Source of the DNA: an uncultured Bacilli bacterium
GTDB lineage: Bacteria; Bacillota_I; Bacilli_A; RFN20; CAG-288
DNA length: 64,000 nt
Direction of reading: 5' to 3'
NCBI GenBank assembly: GCA_934725685.1
Contig: CAKVBX010000003.1
Location: forward strand, 4,779 to 68,778
This document shows positions 35,421 through 45,181 of this stretch, piece by piece (position 1 is the first letter of the stretch; every line of letters starts with the position of its first letter). The translations under genes and the position numbers were made by a program. Below the pieces are notes generated by a model, which saw only the letters and a program-made list of their open reading frames with translations, did not search any database and had not been told where the DNA came from.

Positions 35421-35934
35421 ATGAAAACAAGTGTTCGTTAATTATTATCAGGTCTTTTCCTTCTCTCCGTTGTCGAGTGTGGAAAGAAAGAGGACAGCGC
35501 ATCGTCGTCAATCAGTCTGTCATCGGGACACATGCTATACGGAAATGAAGGAAAGTGCCGCCCAGGATGCCAAGGATATCTACCATTACTGCCTTGTCAT
35601 CCACAATGACACGAAAAAAGGATTCGAAAGGAACAAAGAGGACCTCACCCTCAACGCGGACGGAGCCACTTTCCCTTGTCTTTATTTCTACCTCAGTTAT
35701 CCGATGCCGGGCTTCAACGGAATTTATCTCACCTATCTCGTCGATAAAACAGACATCGCCCAGTTCCCTAGGAAACCGTGTGATGCAGAATGTCTTCCCC
35801 ATCTTCGCTGCAAAGACGGAAACACTCCCTTCCATCTCCTACAAAGGAAAACTTCTGTCTGTTCTTTGCTGAACAAAACGGAAAGCGCACGGTCAGCGTT
35901 TTTTTCTATTCTTTTCCTCGAAAAAAATGTATGA
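35421..35934 (+). pseudogene. Disrupted lipoprotein gene (in-frame TAA at codon 7, plus frame changes)
   Basis: SD AAAGGAGAA, then ATG 35421: MKTSVR-TAA-LLSGLFLLSVVECGKKEDSASSS (a complete lipoprotein signal peptide in the same frame). The protein-like sequence then continues in a second frame (track ORF 35431-35934) and a third (35555-35872). Confidence 0.45.
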
Positions 35935-36979
35935 TGAAGATATGACCAGAACAAGTTTTCATATCGGAAATCTTCCCATCGGTGATTCTAACCCTATCTC
36001 CATCCAGTCGATGTCGGACATCAAGACGGAGAACGTAAAAGCGAACATCGTACTCACGGAACAGTTACGGGACATCGGATTACAGATGATGCGCTTTTCT
36101 GTCCTCGATGAAAAAGATGCCTATGCCTTAAAGGAAATCAAACACGCTGTGCATGTTCCCGTTGTCGCCGATATCCATTTCAATTTGAAACTTGCTTTCC
36201 TTGCCCTTGCTTCCGGCGTCGACAAAATCCGGATCAATCCGGGCAATTACAACGGAGAAGCCCTGCTTCGCAATCTGATCCGGGACTGCAAAGAAAAAGG
36301 CGTCGCCATCCGCATCGGCATCAACAGTGGCTCCTTAGCCCGTTACCAGAAGAAGACAGAATCCGATTCCGAAGCCTTCCTTCTTGCCCTGGAAGAGACC
36401 GTCGCCATTTTCAGAGAGGAGAACTTTGACCACCTCGTCCTCTCGGTGAAGTCCACCGATCCGAAAATGACAAGCCATCTAGCCCATCTTGCCTATTCCC
36501 ATTATCCTTATCCGCTCCACATCGGTCTGACCGAGAGCGGAACACCACTCATCGGTGCCATCCGCTCCACCTATGCCCTGGCTTCGCTACTCGAAGAAGG
36601 AATCGGCGATACTCTACGTATCTCCTTACAGGGAAGCCGTATTGGGGAAATCAGGGCCTGCAAAGAACTGCTTTCCCTCACCGGAAGAAGGAAGAATCTG
36701 CCGACTCTCATCGTCTGCCCTGGCTGCGGAAGGACACAAATCGATCTTTCGGAGGTGGCGGAAGAAGTCCAGTCGCTGCTCGATCATGTTAATAAGCCCT
36801 ATCAGGTCGCCGTCATGGGGTGCCCTGTCAACGGAATCGGAGAAGCCAAAAGCGCCGACTGCGGAATCGCAGGAAGCGGAAAAGAAAACGTCTATCTCTA
36901 CTTCGAGCACGGCCACGAGGTCGGCTTGTTCACGAAAGAGGAAGCGCTCCGCCATATCAAAGATTACCTGTACAAATAA
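35927..36979 (+). CDS. ispG: 4-hydroxy-3-methylbut-2-en-1-yl diphosphate synthase IspG
   Basis: PISIQSMS, RINPGN, CPGCGRT, GCPVNGIGEA. The start could be 35927 or 35942. Confidence 0.92.
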   Translation: MYDEDMTRTSFHIGNLPIGDSNPISIQSMSDIKTENVKANIVLTEQLRDIGLQMMRFSVLDEKDAYALKEIKHAVHVPVVADIHFNLKLAFLALASGVDKIRINPGNYNGEALLRNLIRDCKEKGVAIRIGINSGSLARYQKKTESDSEAFLLALEETVAIFREENFDHLVLSVKSTDPKMTSHLAHLAYSHYPYPLHIGLTESGTPLIGAIRSTYALASLLEEGIGDTLRISLQGSRIGEIRACKELLSLTGRRKNLPTLIVCPGCGRTQIDLSEVAEEVQSLLDHVNKPYQVAVMGCPVNGIGEAKSADCGIAGSGKENVYLYFEHGHEVGLFTKEEALRHIKDYLYK

Positions 36980-37010
36980 AAAGCTTCTCAATGTACGAGA
37001 AGCTTTTTTG
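36978..37010. terminator. Bidirectional terminator between ispG and the helicase gene
   Basis: AAAAGCTTCTC-AATGTAC-GAGAAGCTTTTTT. Confidence 0.8.
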
Positions 37011-37012
37011 CG

Positions 37013-38380
37013 TCATTTACTCTTCGGACGATCCATGTGGAAGTCTTTTGCGTTGCCGCCGTTCTTCGCAATGTTGGTAAGAACAATCTTACGACGATGT
37101 TTGAACTTGACTAAATCAACCGCCTTCCGGACTTTTTTCTTGTAACCGGGTTTGACCTTGTTGGATTTGGTCTGGTTGACAGCATGGCGGATTTTCTTCT
37201 GAAGGACTTCGGAGTCGGCACGGTCTTTCTTGCCGAGATTTCTGAATTCATAGGCGCCCTTGTTCTTTTTCAGGGAATCCTTGGTCAGTGTTAGCGTGTC
37301 GAAAGCGACAGAGCGTCTAACAAGGTCCTTCACGCGCTTGACACTCTCTTCATCATCCATGGTATAGAAGACATAGGAGTCGCCAGGAGCATTGTAACGT
37401 CCCGCACGTCCGGCACGATGGAAGTAATAGTCGGAATCCTTCGGCAAGTCGAGCGAGATGATGCATTCGACATCCGGAATATCGAGTCCACGGGAGACAT
37501 AATCGGAAGCGAGAAGCAGATTCTCACCATCCTGACGGAAAGCATCAAGAGTCTTCTTGATATCACGCTTGTCGAGGCCGCCGTGAACGAGTAGATGATG
37601 GCGTTTGCATTTCTTGAGCTCCTCGGAAACCCGGTAGAGTTCCTCTTTCGTGGAAACAAAAGCAATGGCTTTGAACGGGGAAAGTTCCTTCAGGAAGAGG
37701 TCGAGTGCCGCAGCTTTGCTGTTAGTCCGGATATCGACGAGATGATGTTTCACGCTCTTCGAGGTAATGGCATCCCGGACATCGACCACGGACTGAATGG
37801 AAAAAGTCTTCTTGACGCGCTTGATGTCCTGCTCATTGAGAGAAGCTGAGAAAAAGGAGATCATATGGTTCTCTTTTTGTTTCTTAAGCGCCTCCAGGGC
37901 ACTGGTGAACCCATCGAAGGCGACCATGTCGCCTTCATCGATGATGACGCGTTTGAGTCGGTTCACCGGATAATGGGAACAGAGCGACGGATAGAGTTCC
38001 GGCGTAATGAGAACGATATCGGGTTTGCTCCTGCGAAAGTCATTCTGAGAATAAATGGCCTTGACCGCATCGGCCTTGAAGCCCATGCGGAGGGTGAACT
38101 CCTCAAAGACGGACTTAATCTGGTCAAGCAGAGCGACGGTCGGGGAGAGAATGACAGCCTGAACGTAGCCGGAATCCTCGAGGTCATTCAAAATAGGGAG
38201 CGCGTAGCTCAACGTCTTTCCTGTTCCGGTAGGAGCCAAGGAAAGCACATTGTTTCCCTTCAGAAGAAGGGGGATTGTCTTCGCCTGGACGGGGGACATT
38301 GAAACAAAGCCATCCTCTTTCAAAATATCGAGAATGTCCTTTTTCAACGAGGTTGATCCAAACGGTAATTCTTCGGTCAT
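37013..38380 (-). CDS. DEAD-box family ATP-dependent RNA helicase with a basic C-terminal tail (motif II reads DEGD)
   Basis: APTGTGKT, VIIDEGDM, FSASL, SRGLDIPDV and HRAGRAGR motifs. Confidence 0.85.
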   Translation of the reverse strand: MTEELPFGSTSLKKDILDILKEDGFVSMSPVQAKTIPLLLKGNNVLSLAPTGTGKTLSYALPILNDLEDSGYVQAVILSPTVALLDQIKSVFEEFTLRMGFKADAVKAIYSQNDFRRSKPDIVLITPELYPSLCSHYPVNRLKRVIIDEGDMVAFDGFTSALEALKKQKENHMISFFSASLNEQDIKRVKKTFSIQSVVDVRDAITSKSVKHHLVDIRTNSKAAALDLFLKELSPFKAIAFVSTKEELYRVSEELKKCKRHHLLVHGGLDKRDIKKTLDAFRQDGENLLLASDYVSRGLDIPDVECIISLDLPKDSDYYFHRAGRAGRYNAPGDSYVFYTMDDEESVKRVKDLVRRSVAFDTLTLTKDSLKKNKGAYEFRNLGKKDRADSEVLQKKIRHAVNQTKSNKVKPGYKKKVRKAVDLVKFKHRRKIVLTNIAKNGGNAKDFHMDRPKSK

Positions 38381-38407
38381 ATTTCCACCTCACTTTCACA
38401 AAACGGA

Positions 38408-40138
38408 TTATTTGGTTTCTTCTGCGATTTTGATGCCGAGAATGTCGGTATCGGCAGTTGGAACCGGGCTAGGACAGCTAGACATCGGCTCATAAGCTTT
38501 CAGATTCTTCGGGAATGCGACGACATCGCGGACATTGTCCGTGCCGGCAAGTTCCATGGCAAGGCGCTCGATGCCGATGCCGAAGCCTCCTTCCGGCGGA
38601 ACGCCGTAACGGAGTGCCTTGACAAAGAAGCCGAAGCGTTCATTGATATCCTCATCGGTGAGACCGAGGAGTTCGAAGACCTTTTCCTGGACCTTCGCAT
38701 CATGAATACGGAGAGCGCCGGAAGAGAGCTCCACGCCATTGAGAACCGTATCGTAGGAAGTCGAATGAATCTTGGTCGGATCTTCGTCGAAATAGTGCAG
38801 ATCCTCGTCAATCGGACGGGTGAACGGATTCGAAAGGGAAAGAATGTTGCCTTCGTCATCCCGTTCAAAGAGCGGCCAGTTGATGACAAAGAGCGGCTTA
38901 TAATCGTCCTTCTTCGTAAGGCTGAGAAGCTGTCCGTAGTAATTGCGGAGCGCACCCAAAGCCCAGCAGGCCTTATCTTTCTTGCTGTCGGCGCAGAGGA
39001 TGACGAGATCATCTTCCTTCAAGGCAAGCTGATCGGAGAGCTTCTTTAGGGCATCCGGATGGATGTTCTTGACGATATTTCCGTTGAGTTCTCCATTCTC
39101 GAACTTGAGGTGGGAGACCCCGAAGACATGGAACTTCTTCGCAAGCATGTTGTCGGCATCCATCTGCTTTCTCGTAGTCTCCTTGGCTCTCGTCGGAACA
39201 ACAAGGGCGACGACATCCTTACCCTCATATGCTTTGAATCCACAACCCTCAAGAGCATCGGTCACATCGGAAAGGAGCATGTCGAAACGGAGGTCCGGTT
39301 TATCCGTACCATAACAGTGGATGGCCTTCTCATAGTCGAGACGCACAAAAGGAGGAAGTTTGACCCCCTTGATTTTCAAGAAAAGATAATCGAGCAGGCC
39401 TTCGATGATGTCGAGAACGTCCTCACGGTTGCAGAAAGACATTTCGCAGTCGATCTGCATGAATTCCGGCTGTCGGTCCGCTCTTTGGTCCTCATCGCGG
39501 TAGCAATGGGCAAGCTGGAAATAGCGGTCGGTTCCGGCAATCATCAGAAGCTGCTTGTAAAGCTGAGGGGACTGCGGAAGGGCATAGAAACTTCCAGGGT
39601 AAATACGGCTCGGAACGAGGTAATCTCTGGCGCCTTCCGGCGTAGATTTGATGAGGGTCGGCGTATCGATTTCCTGGAATCCGTGGTCGCAGAGATATTC
39701 TCTGGCATAACGATTGATGTCAGACCGGATTCTGAGATAGTTCTGCATGACCGGTCTTCTCAGATCGAGATAGCGGTAGAGAAGACGGGTATCTTCGCTG
39801 GCGGTGGTGTCATCCTTGATTTCAAAAGGAGTGGTCTCACTCCGAGAGAAGATTTCAATACTCTTGACGGCGATTTCGATGGCACCGGTCGGAAGAGAAT
39901 CATTGTGGACTTCTCTTTCCCGGACAATGCCGGTCACACCGATGCAGTATTCGCTCTTGACCGGATCTTTGTGATAAAGCTCGGTATCGATGTTGAGCTG
40001 AGTGATTCCGTATTTGTCGCGGAGATCGACGAAGCAGAGGGCTCCGAGATTTCTGACCGTGGAGACCCACCCGCAGAGGGTGACTTTCTTCCCGGTGTCG
40101 GAGAACCTGAGTTCCCCGCAAGTATGAGTTCTAAGCAT
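38408..40138 (-). CDS. aspS: Aspartate--tRNA ligase
   Basis: 576 aa. MLRTHTCGELR..., FYALPQSPQLYKQLLM, GGFGIGIERL. Confidence 0.95.
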   Translation of the reverse strand: MLRTHTCGELRFSDTGKKVTLCGWVSTVRNLGALCFVDLRDKYGITQLNIDTELYHKDPVKSEYCIGVTGIVREREVHNDSLPTGAIEIAVKSIEIFSRSETTPFEIKDDTTASEDTRLLYRYLDLRRPVMQNYLRIRSDINRYAREYLCDHGFQEIDTPTLIKSTPEGARDYLVPSRIYPGSFYALPQSPQLYKQLLMIAGTDRYFQLAHCYRDEDQRADRQPEFMQIDCEMSFCNREDVLDIIEGLLDYLFLKIKGVKLPPFVRLDYEKAIHCYGTDKPDLRFDMLLSDVTDALEGCGFKAYEGKDVVALVVPTRAKETTRKQMDADNMLAKKFHVFGVSHLKFENGELNGNIVKNIHPDALKKLSDQLALKEDDLVILCADSKKDKACWALGALRNYYGQLLSLTKKDDYKPLFVINWPLFERDDEGNILSLSNPFTRPIDEDLHYFDEDPTKIHSTSYDTVLNGVELSSGALRIHDAKVQEKVFELLGLTDEDINERFGFFVKALRYGVPPEGGFGIGIERLAMELAGTDNVRDVVAFPKNLKAYEPMSSCPSPVPTADTDILGIKIAEETK

Positions 40139-40150
40139 GATATTTTCCTC

Positions 40151-41395
40151 CTAGAGTGCGAAGAGTTCCTCTTCGGTGATATCACTCTGATTTCTTGTCG
40201 CCATGTCCTTCTTCTGAATGCGGTGATCCGCTTCGATGATAAGGACACTCTTCGCCTGTTTTCTGTCAGCCATCTTGAAAGCACCGCCAAGGGCTCTTGC
40301 GTAAGACGCGAAGGTGACATCGAGGCCTTTCTTTCTGAGCGTGTCGGCGATAAACGAGGCATAGCCGTCCCTGGCGAAATCGATGATGAAGTAATCTAAC
40401 GGCGCTTCCTTCTTGATTTCCTGTTTTCTTTCATCGGAAAGTGCGATGATGAGACGCTCCACGCCTAGGGAGAAACCGATGCCTTCCATTTCCGGACCGC
40501 CGATCTGCTTCATCAGAGAGGCATACTTCCCGCCTCCGCCGATGGCGCCGAGAGTCTTGTTCTCGGTATCATAGAGTTCCCAGATGAGACCGGTATAGTA
40601 ATCCAGGCCGCGGACAAGCTCTTCATCGACTTCATATTCGATACCGATTTTGTCCAAAGCAGCACGGATGTTCTCATATTCCTTTCTATCCTCATCATTA
40701 AGGAAGGCAGAGATACGGGGAGATTTCTCGGCAATCTTCTGGTCTTCTTCGACCTTGCAGTCAAGAATACGGAGCGGATTAGTCTCAAGTCTTCTCTGGC
40801 AGTCTTCGCACATCGTCGAAATGAGCGGCTTGAAATAGTTGTAGAGTTCTTTCTTGTAGACTTCTCTCGAAGAGAAGGAGCCGAGGAAGTTGATTTTGGC
40901 CCGCACCTTGTGACCTAAAAGAGCCTCAGCGGAACGGAGCGAAAGCAAGAACGCATCCAAGGTCGTCGCAAGATCCACCTTGTTGTCGATGAATTCGACA
41001 CCGAACTGGTTGAACTGACGGAGGCGGCCCGTCTGCGGTCTCTCATAGCGGAAGACTTCTCCGAGATAGCAGAAACGTAAGGGCATATCCGGAGAATTGT
41101 AGAGTTTGTTCTCGATGACACAGCGGGAAACGGAAGCGGTAAACTCGGGGCGGAGCGTATAGTTCTTGTCGCCCTTCTGCGCTAAATCGAATGTCTCCTT
41201 CTGCACGATATCAGAGCTTTCCCCGACGGTGCGGTGGAAAAGGCGGTTCTCCTCAAAAATCGGGAGTTCCACTTCCTCACAGCCGTATTTGTGGGCCTCC
41301 GAAAAAAGGATATCCTTCAGGCCAAGAAGGACTTTCTCCTCTTCGCCGTAATAATCGAGAGTTCCTCTCGGTCTCTTGATGATTTGTTCTGCCAT
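40151..41395 (-). CDS. hisS: Histidine--tRNA ligase
   Basis: 414 aa. RPRGTLDY, LRPEFTASV, FRYERPQTGRLRQF, GGGKYASL (HisRS GGGRYD-type motif). Confidence 0.95.
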   Translation of the reverse strand: MAEQIIKRPRGTLDYYGEEEKVLLGLKDILFSEAHKYGCEEVELPIFEENRLFHRTVGESSDIVQKETFDLAQKGDKNYTLRPEFTASVSRCVIENKLYNSPDMPLRFCYLGEVFRYERPQTGRLRQFNQFGVEFIDNKVDLATTLDAFLLSLRSAEALLGHKVRAKINFLGSFSSREVYKKELYNYFKPLISTMCEDCQRRLETNPLRILDCKVEEDQKIAEKSPRISAFLNDEDRKEYENIRAALDKIGIEYEVDEELVRGLDYYTGLIWELYDTENKTLGAIGGGGKYASLMKQIGGPEMEGIGFSLGVERLIIALSDERKQEIKKEAPLDYFIIDFARDGYASFIADTLRKKGLDVTFASYARALGGAFKMADRKQAKSVLIIEADHRIQKKDMATRNQSDITEEELFAL

Positions 41396-41494
41396 AGGTG
41401 AAAACCTCCGAAATATTTAAAAAATAGCTACCTATTATATAACAAGGTCCGTCCGGATAGAACAGACTTGTTGAAAATGCCTTCAGAAAACGCT

Positions 41495-43702
41495 CTAATG
41501 GGAGACCCGCACAATCTGGAAGACGGAACGAACGGACATCAGGACATGCATGAAGTGGCCGAGCTGTTCTTTGTCCTTGGCTAAGAGTGTGAGAGCGACC
41601 GTGGTCGTGTTGTTGGAAGGGTGATACTTTGCGTTGATGCGGATGACTTTCGCATCGCAGGAAGTCATCGCATTGAGGATGTCGACGAGGAGATTGTTTC
41701 TGTCGTGGCACTGAATGGCGAGTTCCACCGGATATGCGGCATCACTCTTGACATCCGGATTCCACATGACATCGATGAGACGAGAAGCGGAAGTCAACTT
41801 GGTGATGTTGGGGCAGTCCTTGCGGTGGACCTTGACGCCCTGACCGGTGGAGACAAATCCCACAATCTCATCACCCGGAATCGGCGTGCAGCAATTGGCA
41901 AGCGTGATCATGACGGTATCGCCGTTTGCAAGAAGAACGGCATCATTGGTGTTCTTCTTGATGGTGCGCTGATTGATTTTCTCGGTGAGTTCCTTTTCGC
42001 TCATCTTGCCGTCATATTCGATGTTCTCACAGTTTTCGATGATTTGGTAGGGAAGAACAGTCTTATAGGCGACCATCAGAAGTAGGTCATCGACATTCTC
42101 AGCCTTGAAGGCTTCGAGCACTTTTTTAGTATAGAGTTTTGAAGGATCAATGACGATCTTGCGCTCTCGGAGCGCATCGGAAAGCGTCTGTCTGCCGCGC
42201 TTGATGGCATCCTCCTTCATGTAGTCGGCATTCTGCTTGGCGAGATATTTCCTGATTTTGCTCTTGGCAAAATTGGTATGGGCAATATTGACCCATTCGC
42301 TGTTCGGGGAGGCATTTTTACTGATGATAGCTTCAACGATGTCTCCGGTCTTAAGACAGGTAGAAAGCGGTACCAAAGTGCCGTTGACTTTCGCCCCCTG
42401 TAGGTGATCACCAAGGTCGGAATGGATGCGGTAAGTGAAATCAATCGGGGTGGAACCGTTAGGGAGACAGATGACATTCCCCTTCGGCGTAAAGACATAG
42501 ACATTGGCATCAAAGATATCGTGGCTCAGGGTATCGACATATTCCTTGGCGGAATCGTTCTTTCCCTCATCGGACATAGAAACGAAATCCTTAAACCAGT
42601 GGAGCTGGTTCTCGATTTCTTCCTGCTCCGTCCTCGCATCGTAGTGGCTGCCTTCTTTGTATCGCCAATGGGCGGCGACACCGCCCTCCGCAGTCTCATC
42701 CATCTGTTTGGTGCGAATCTGAATTTCGAAAACGTGACCCGTCGAGGTGATAATAGTCGTATGGAGAGACTGATACATATTCGGCTTCGGCATCGCAATA
42801 TAGTCCTTGAAACGGCCGGGAACCGGCTTGAAGTTCGCATGAACATAGCCGAGGATCTCATAGCAGTTCTGCTCCGTCTCGGTGATAACGCGGAGTGCCA
42901 TGATGTCATAGATTTGGTCGAAGGAGTAATGCTTGTTATACATCTTCTTGTAGATAGAATAGACGGATTTGACGCGGTCGGTGATGCTGAAAGGGATATG
43001 ACTTCCCTTCAGAATATCGGTCAGTTCCTCCTTGACCTGTTCCAAAGCGGCATGCACATTTTCTACTGATGCCGCCATCTTGTCTTCGATTTCCTTGTAT
43101 TTTTCCGGTTCTAGATACCAGAGGGAGAGATCCTCGAGTTCCGTCTGAACGTTATAAAGACCGAGGCGGTGGGCGATTGGTGCATAAACTTCCAGCGTTT
43201 CTTTAGAAATGCGGGTCTGTTTTTCCCGTGGCTGGAACTGAAGTGTTCTCATATTGTGGAGACGATCGGCCAATTTGACGATAATGACTCGGACATCCTT
43301 TGCCATGGCGACAAAAATTTTGCGATGGTTTTCCGCAGTGAATTCCACATTCTTGTAGTCAGAAAGTCTGGTAACCTTCGTCAGGGCTTCCACTAAAACG
43401 GCAACTTCGGAACCGAATTCGGATTCGATTTCTTCCTTGGTGGTCGGCGTGTCCTCAATCGTATCGTGAAGGAGACCGGCACAGATCGTAATCGGCCCAG
43501 CCTGAAGCTCGGAAAGAATTTCGGCTACGCCGATACAGTGAGAGATATAGGGGTCTCCGCTCTTTCTGACCTGACCTTCATGCTTCTTGTCGGCAAACTG
43601 AAAAGCTTTCTCAATCAGTGCGAGGGATTTCGGTTCTTTGATATACTTCGAATAGATGGCTTTGACATCATCGAATGTGTAGATGCGGTTTTGGATTTTC
43701 AT
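41495..43702 (-). CDS. relA: Bifunctional (p)ppGpp synthetase/hydrolase Rel
   Basis: 735 aa with HD domain (HDTIEDT), synthetase domain, TGS and ACT-like C-terminal domains. In the apt-rel position. Confidence 0.93.
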   Translation of the reverse strand: MKIQNRIYTFDDVKAIYSKYIKEPKSLALIEKAFQFADKKHEGQVRKSGDPYISHCIGVAEILSELQAGPITICAGLLHDTIEDTPTTKEEIESEFGSEVAVLVEALTKVTRLSDYKNVEFTAENHRKIFVAMAKDVRVIIVKLADRLHNMRTLQFQPREKQTRISKETLEVYAPIAHRLGLYNVQTELEDLSLWYLEPEKYKEIEDKMAASVENVHAALEQVKEELTDILKGSHIPFSITDRVKSVYSIYKKMYNKHYSFDQIYDIMALRVITETEQNCYEILGYVHANFKPVPGRFKDYIAMPKPNMYQSLHTTIITSTGHVFEIQIRTKQMDETAEGGVAAHWRYKEGSHYDARTEQEEIENQLHWFKDFVSMSDEGKNDSAKEYVDTLSHDIFDANVYVFTPKGNVICLPNGSTPIDFTYRIHSDLGDHLQGAKVNGTLVPLSTCLKTGDIVEAIISKNASPNSEWVNIAHTNFAKSKIRKYLAKQNADYMKEDAIKRGRQTLSDALRERKIVIDPSKLYTKKVLEAFKAENVDDLLLMVAYKTVLPYQIIENCENIEYDGKMSEKELTEKINQRTIKKNTNDAVLLANGDTVMITLANCCTPIPGDEIVGFVSTGQGVKVHRKDCPNITKLTSASRLIDVMWNPDVKSDAAYPVELAIQCHDRNNLLVDILNAMTSCDAKVIRINAKYHPSNNTTTVALTLLAKDKEQLGHFMHVLMSVRSVFQIVRVSH

Positions 43703-43713
43703 AGACGGATGGT

Positions 43714-44235
43714 TCAGTGGCTGTCGGAAAGATTGAGAAGAGAACGGCAGGGAAGTCCGACATTCTTTTCTCCGTGGAGTTCCTCAAGGTTGATGAGGGT
43801 GATGCAGCCGACAGGAATGCCGCCGGCCTGTTCAATCAGCTTCTTCAGGGCAAGGAACGTGCCACCGGTCGCCATGAGGTCATCCACGAGAAGCACTCTA
43901 GCGCCACGAGGGAAGGAGTTTGCTGGAATCTCAATCTGCGCCGTGCCATATTCCAGCTGGTAGGAAACTTTATAGGTAACACCAGGCAGTTTGCCGGCCT
44001 TTCTGGCCATGACAAATCCTTTGTGCATTTCATAGCCCATGGCTGCACCGAAAAGGAAGGCGCGGCTCTCCGGGCCGCAGATGAAGTCAGGTTTGAACTC
44101 TTCTGCGAGCTTCGACATGTCCTTGATGCAGGAGTGGAAAGCGTCCGGATTAGCTAGAAGCGGAGAAATGTCCTTAAAAGAGATGCCCTTCTTCGGGAAG
44201 TCCGGTGTGACACCGATGTATTTTTCGTAATCCAT
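43714..44235 (-). CDS. apt: Adenine phosphoribosyltransferase
   Basis: 173 aa. VLLVDDLMATGGT PRPP-binding motif. Confidence 0.93.
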   Translation of the reverse strand: MDYEKYIGVTPDFPKKGISFKDISPLLANPDAFHSCIKDMSKLAEEFKPDFICGPESRAFLFGAAMGYEMHKGFVMARKAGKLPGVTYKVSYQLEYGTAQIEIPANSFPRGARVLLVDDLMATGGTFLALKKLIEQAGGIPVGCITLINLEELHGEKNVGLPCRSLLNLSDSH

Positions 44236-44350
44236 GATTTAATCCTCCGATATACTTATAGTATATCACTTCCCTTTCACGCCTTGAAATGGGACACAAG
44301 AGAGATTACGGACTATTTCTTACCCATCATTTCCGTGGTATCATTAAATC

Positions 44351-45181
44351 ATGGTTTATCTTCTGAAATCCTTTGGCTTCTGCCAAGGTGTGTCAAACAG
44401 CATCGATATCCTAAAGAAAGCGAGGGCGGAGCAGGAAAAGGTCTGTTCCCTTCTCCCTCTCATGCACAACGAAAGGGAATGTGAACGCCTCAAGGAGGAG
44501 TTCTCTCTTTTGGATGACCCGGAAAAGGCGGATGCCATCATTTTTCCGGCTCATGGTCATACCGAAGAAGAAGCACGCCGTTTTCAGAACAAACAGACCT
44601 ATGATGCCATCTGTCCTTTTTTGAAGGCAAGACACGCTTTCCTTAAGAATCATCAGAAAATCGCTTGGTATCTCTACGGAAAAAAGGAACACCAGGAATG
44701 CCTGGCGTTTCTCTCCCGCTTTCCTTTCCTTTCTTTAATTGATGCGTGCAGGAACAATTATCCTTCTTTGAAAAAAGAAAATCGCACCGGTCTTCTTGTC
44801 CAATCCACGATTGAGGAAGAACCAGCGGAACAAGTCAGAGCACATTTTGAAAAGAACAGCACGCTTCTTTCCTATCTCGGACCTTGTCCCTTTTATCTTG
44901 CAAGAAAAAAAGAAGCGGAGGAATTCCTCAAAGATAAGGAAATCTCCCGTTTCTCAATTCTGATCCTAGGTTCGAAGTCATCTTCGAACTGTCAGGCCCT
45001 GAAGCGGTATTTTCAGTCCAAATACCCAAAGGCCTATGTCGAAAGTATCAACGCCTTTGATGATATCCACCCGGAAGCATTCCGAAGACAGGATTTTCTT
45101 CTCATCTCCTCTACCTCCATCAGCAAAGAAAGCGTCTTGCTTATCAAAGAGAGGCTAGAAGAAGTCACCTCAGCGCTTTGA
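44351..45181 (+). CDS. ispH: 4-hydroxy-3-methylbut-2-enyl diphosphate reductase IspH (divergent)
   Basis: GFCQGV, LPLMHN, FPAHGH, DAICPF, GKKEHQE, GPCPF..., GSKSSSN: an IspH-like motif series with three Cys candidates. Confidence 0.7.
   Translation: MVYLLKSFGFCQGVSNSIDILKKARAEQEKVCSLLPLMHNERECERLKEEFSLLDDPEKADAIIFPAHGHTEEEARRFQNKQTYDAICPFLKARHAFLKNHQKIAWYLYGKKEHQECLAFLSRFPFLSLIDACRNNYPSLKKENRTGLLVQSTIEEEPAEQVRAHFEKNSTLLSYLGPCPFYLARKKEAEEFLKDKEISRFSILILGSKSSSNCQALKRYFQSKYPKAYVESINAFDDIHPEAFRRQDFLLISSTSISKESVLLIKERLEEVTSAL

Noticed and set aside
35431-35934. 167-aa ORF taken at face value as an intact gene
   Set aside because: It has no SD or ATG at its start. The adjacent frame holds an SD, an ATG and a complete lipoprotein signal peptide interrupted by TAA. 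It is better explained as one frame of a disrupted gene (see the pseudogene call).
39059-40399. 446-aa plus-strand ORF spanning the aspS/hisS junction
   Set aside because: It is antisense to two clear aaRS genes and crosses their intergenic gap, which a real gene would not be expected to do.
41396-41494. Possible T-box or attenuator upstream of hisS
   Set aside because: The gap is only 99 nt with a single modest hairpin (AACAAG...CTTGTT with an inner TCCG/CGGA). There is no specifier loop or T-box sequence and no U-tract.
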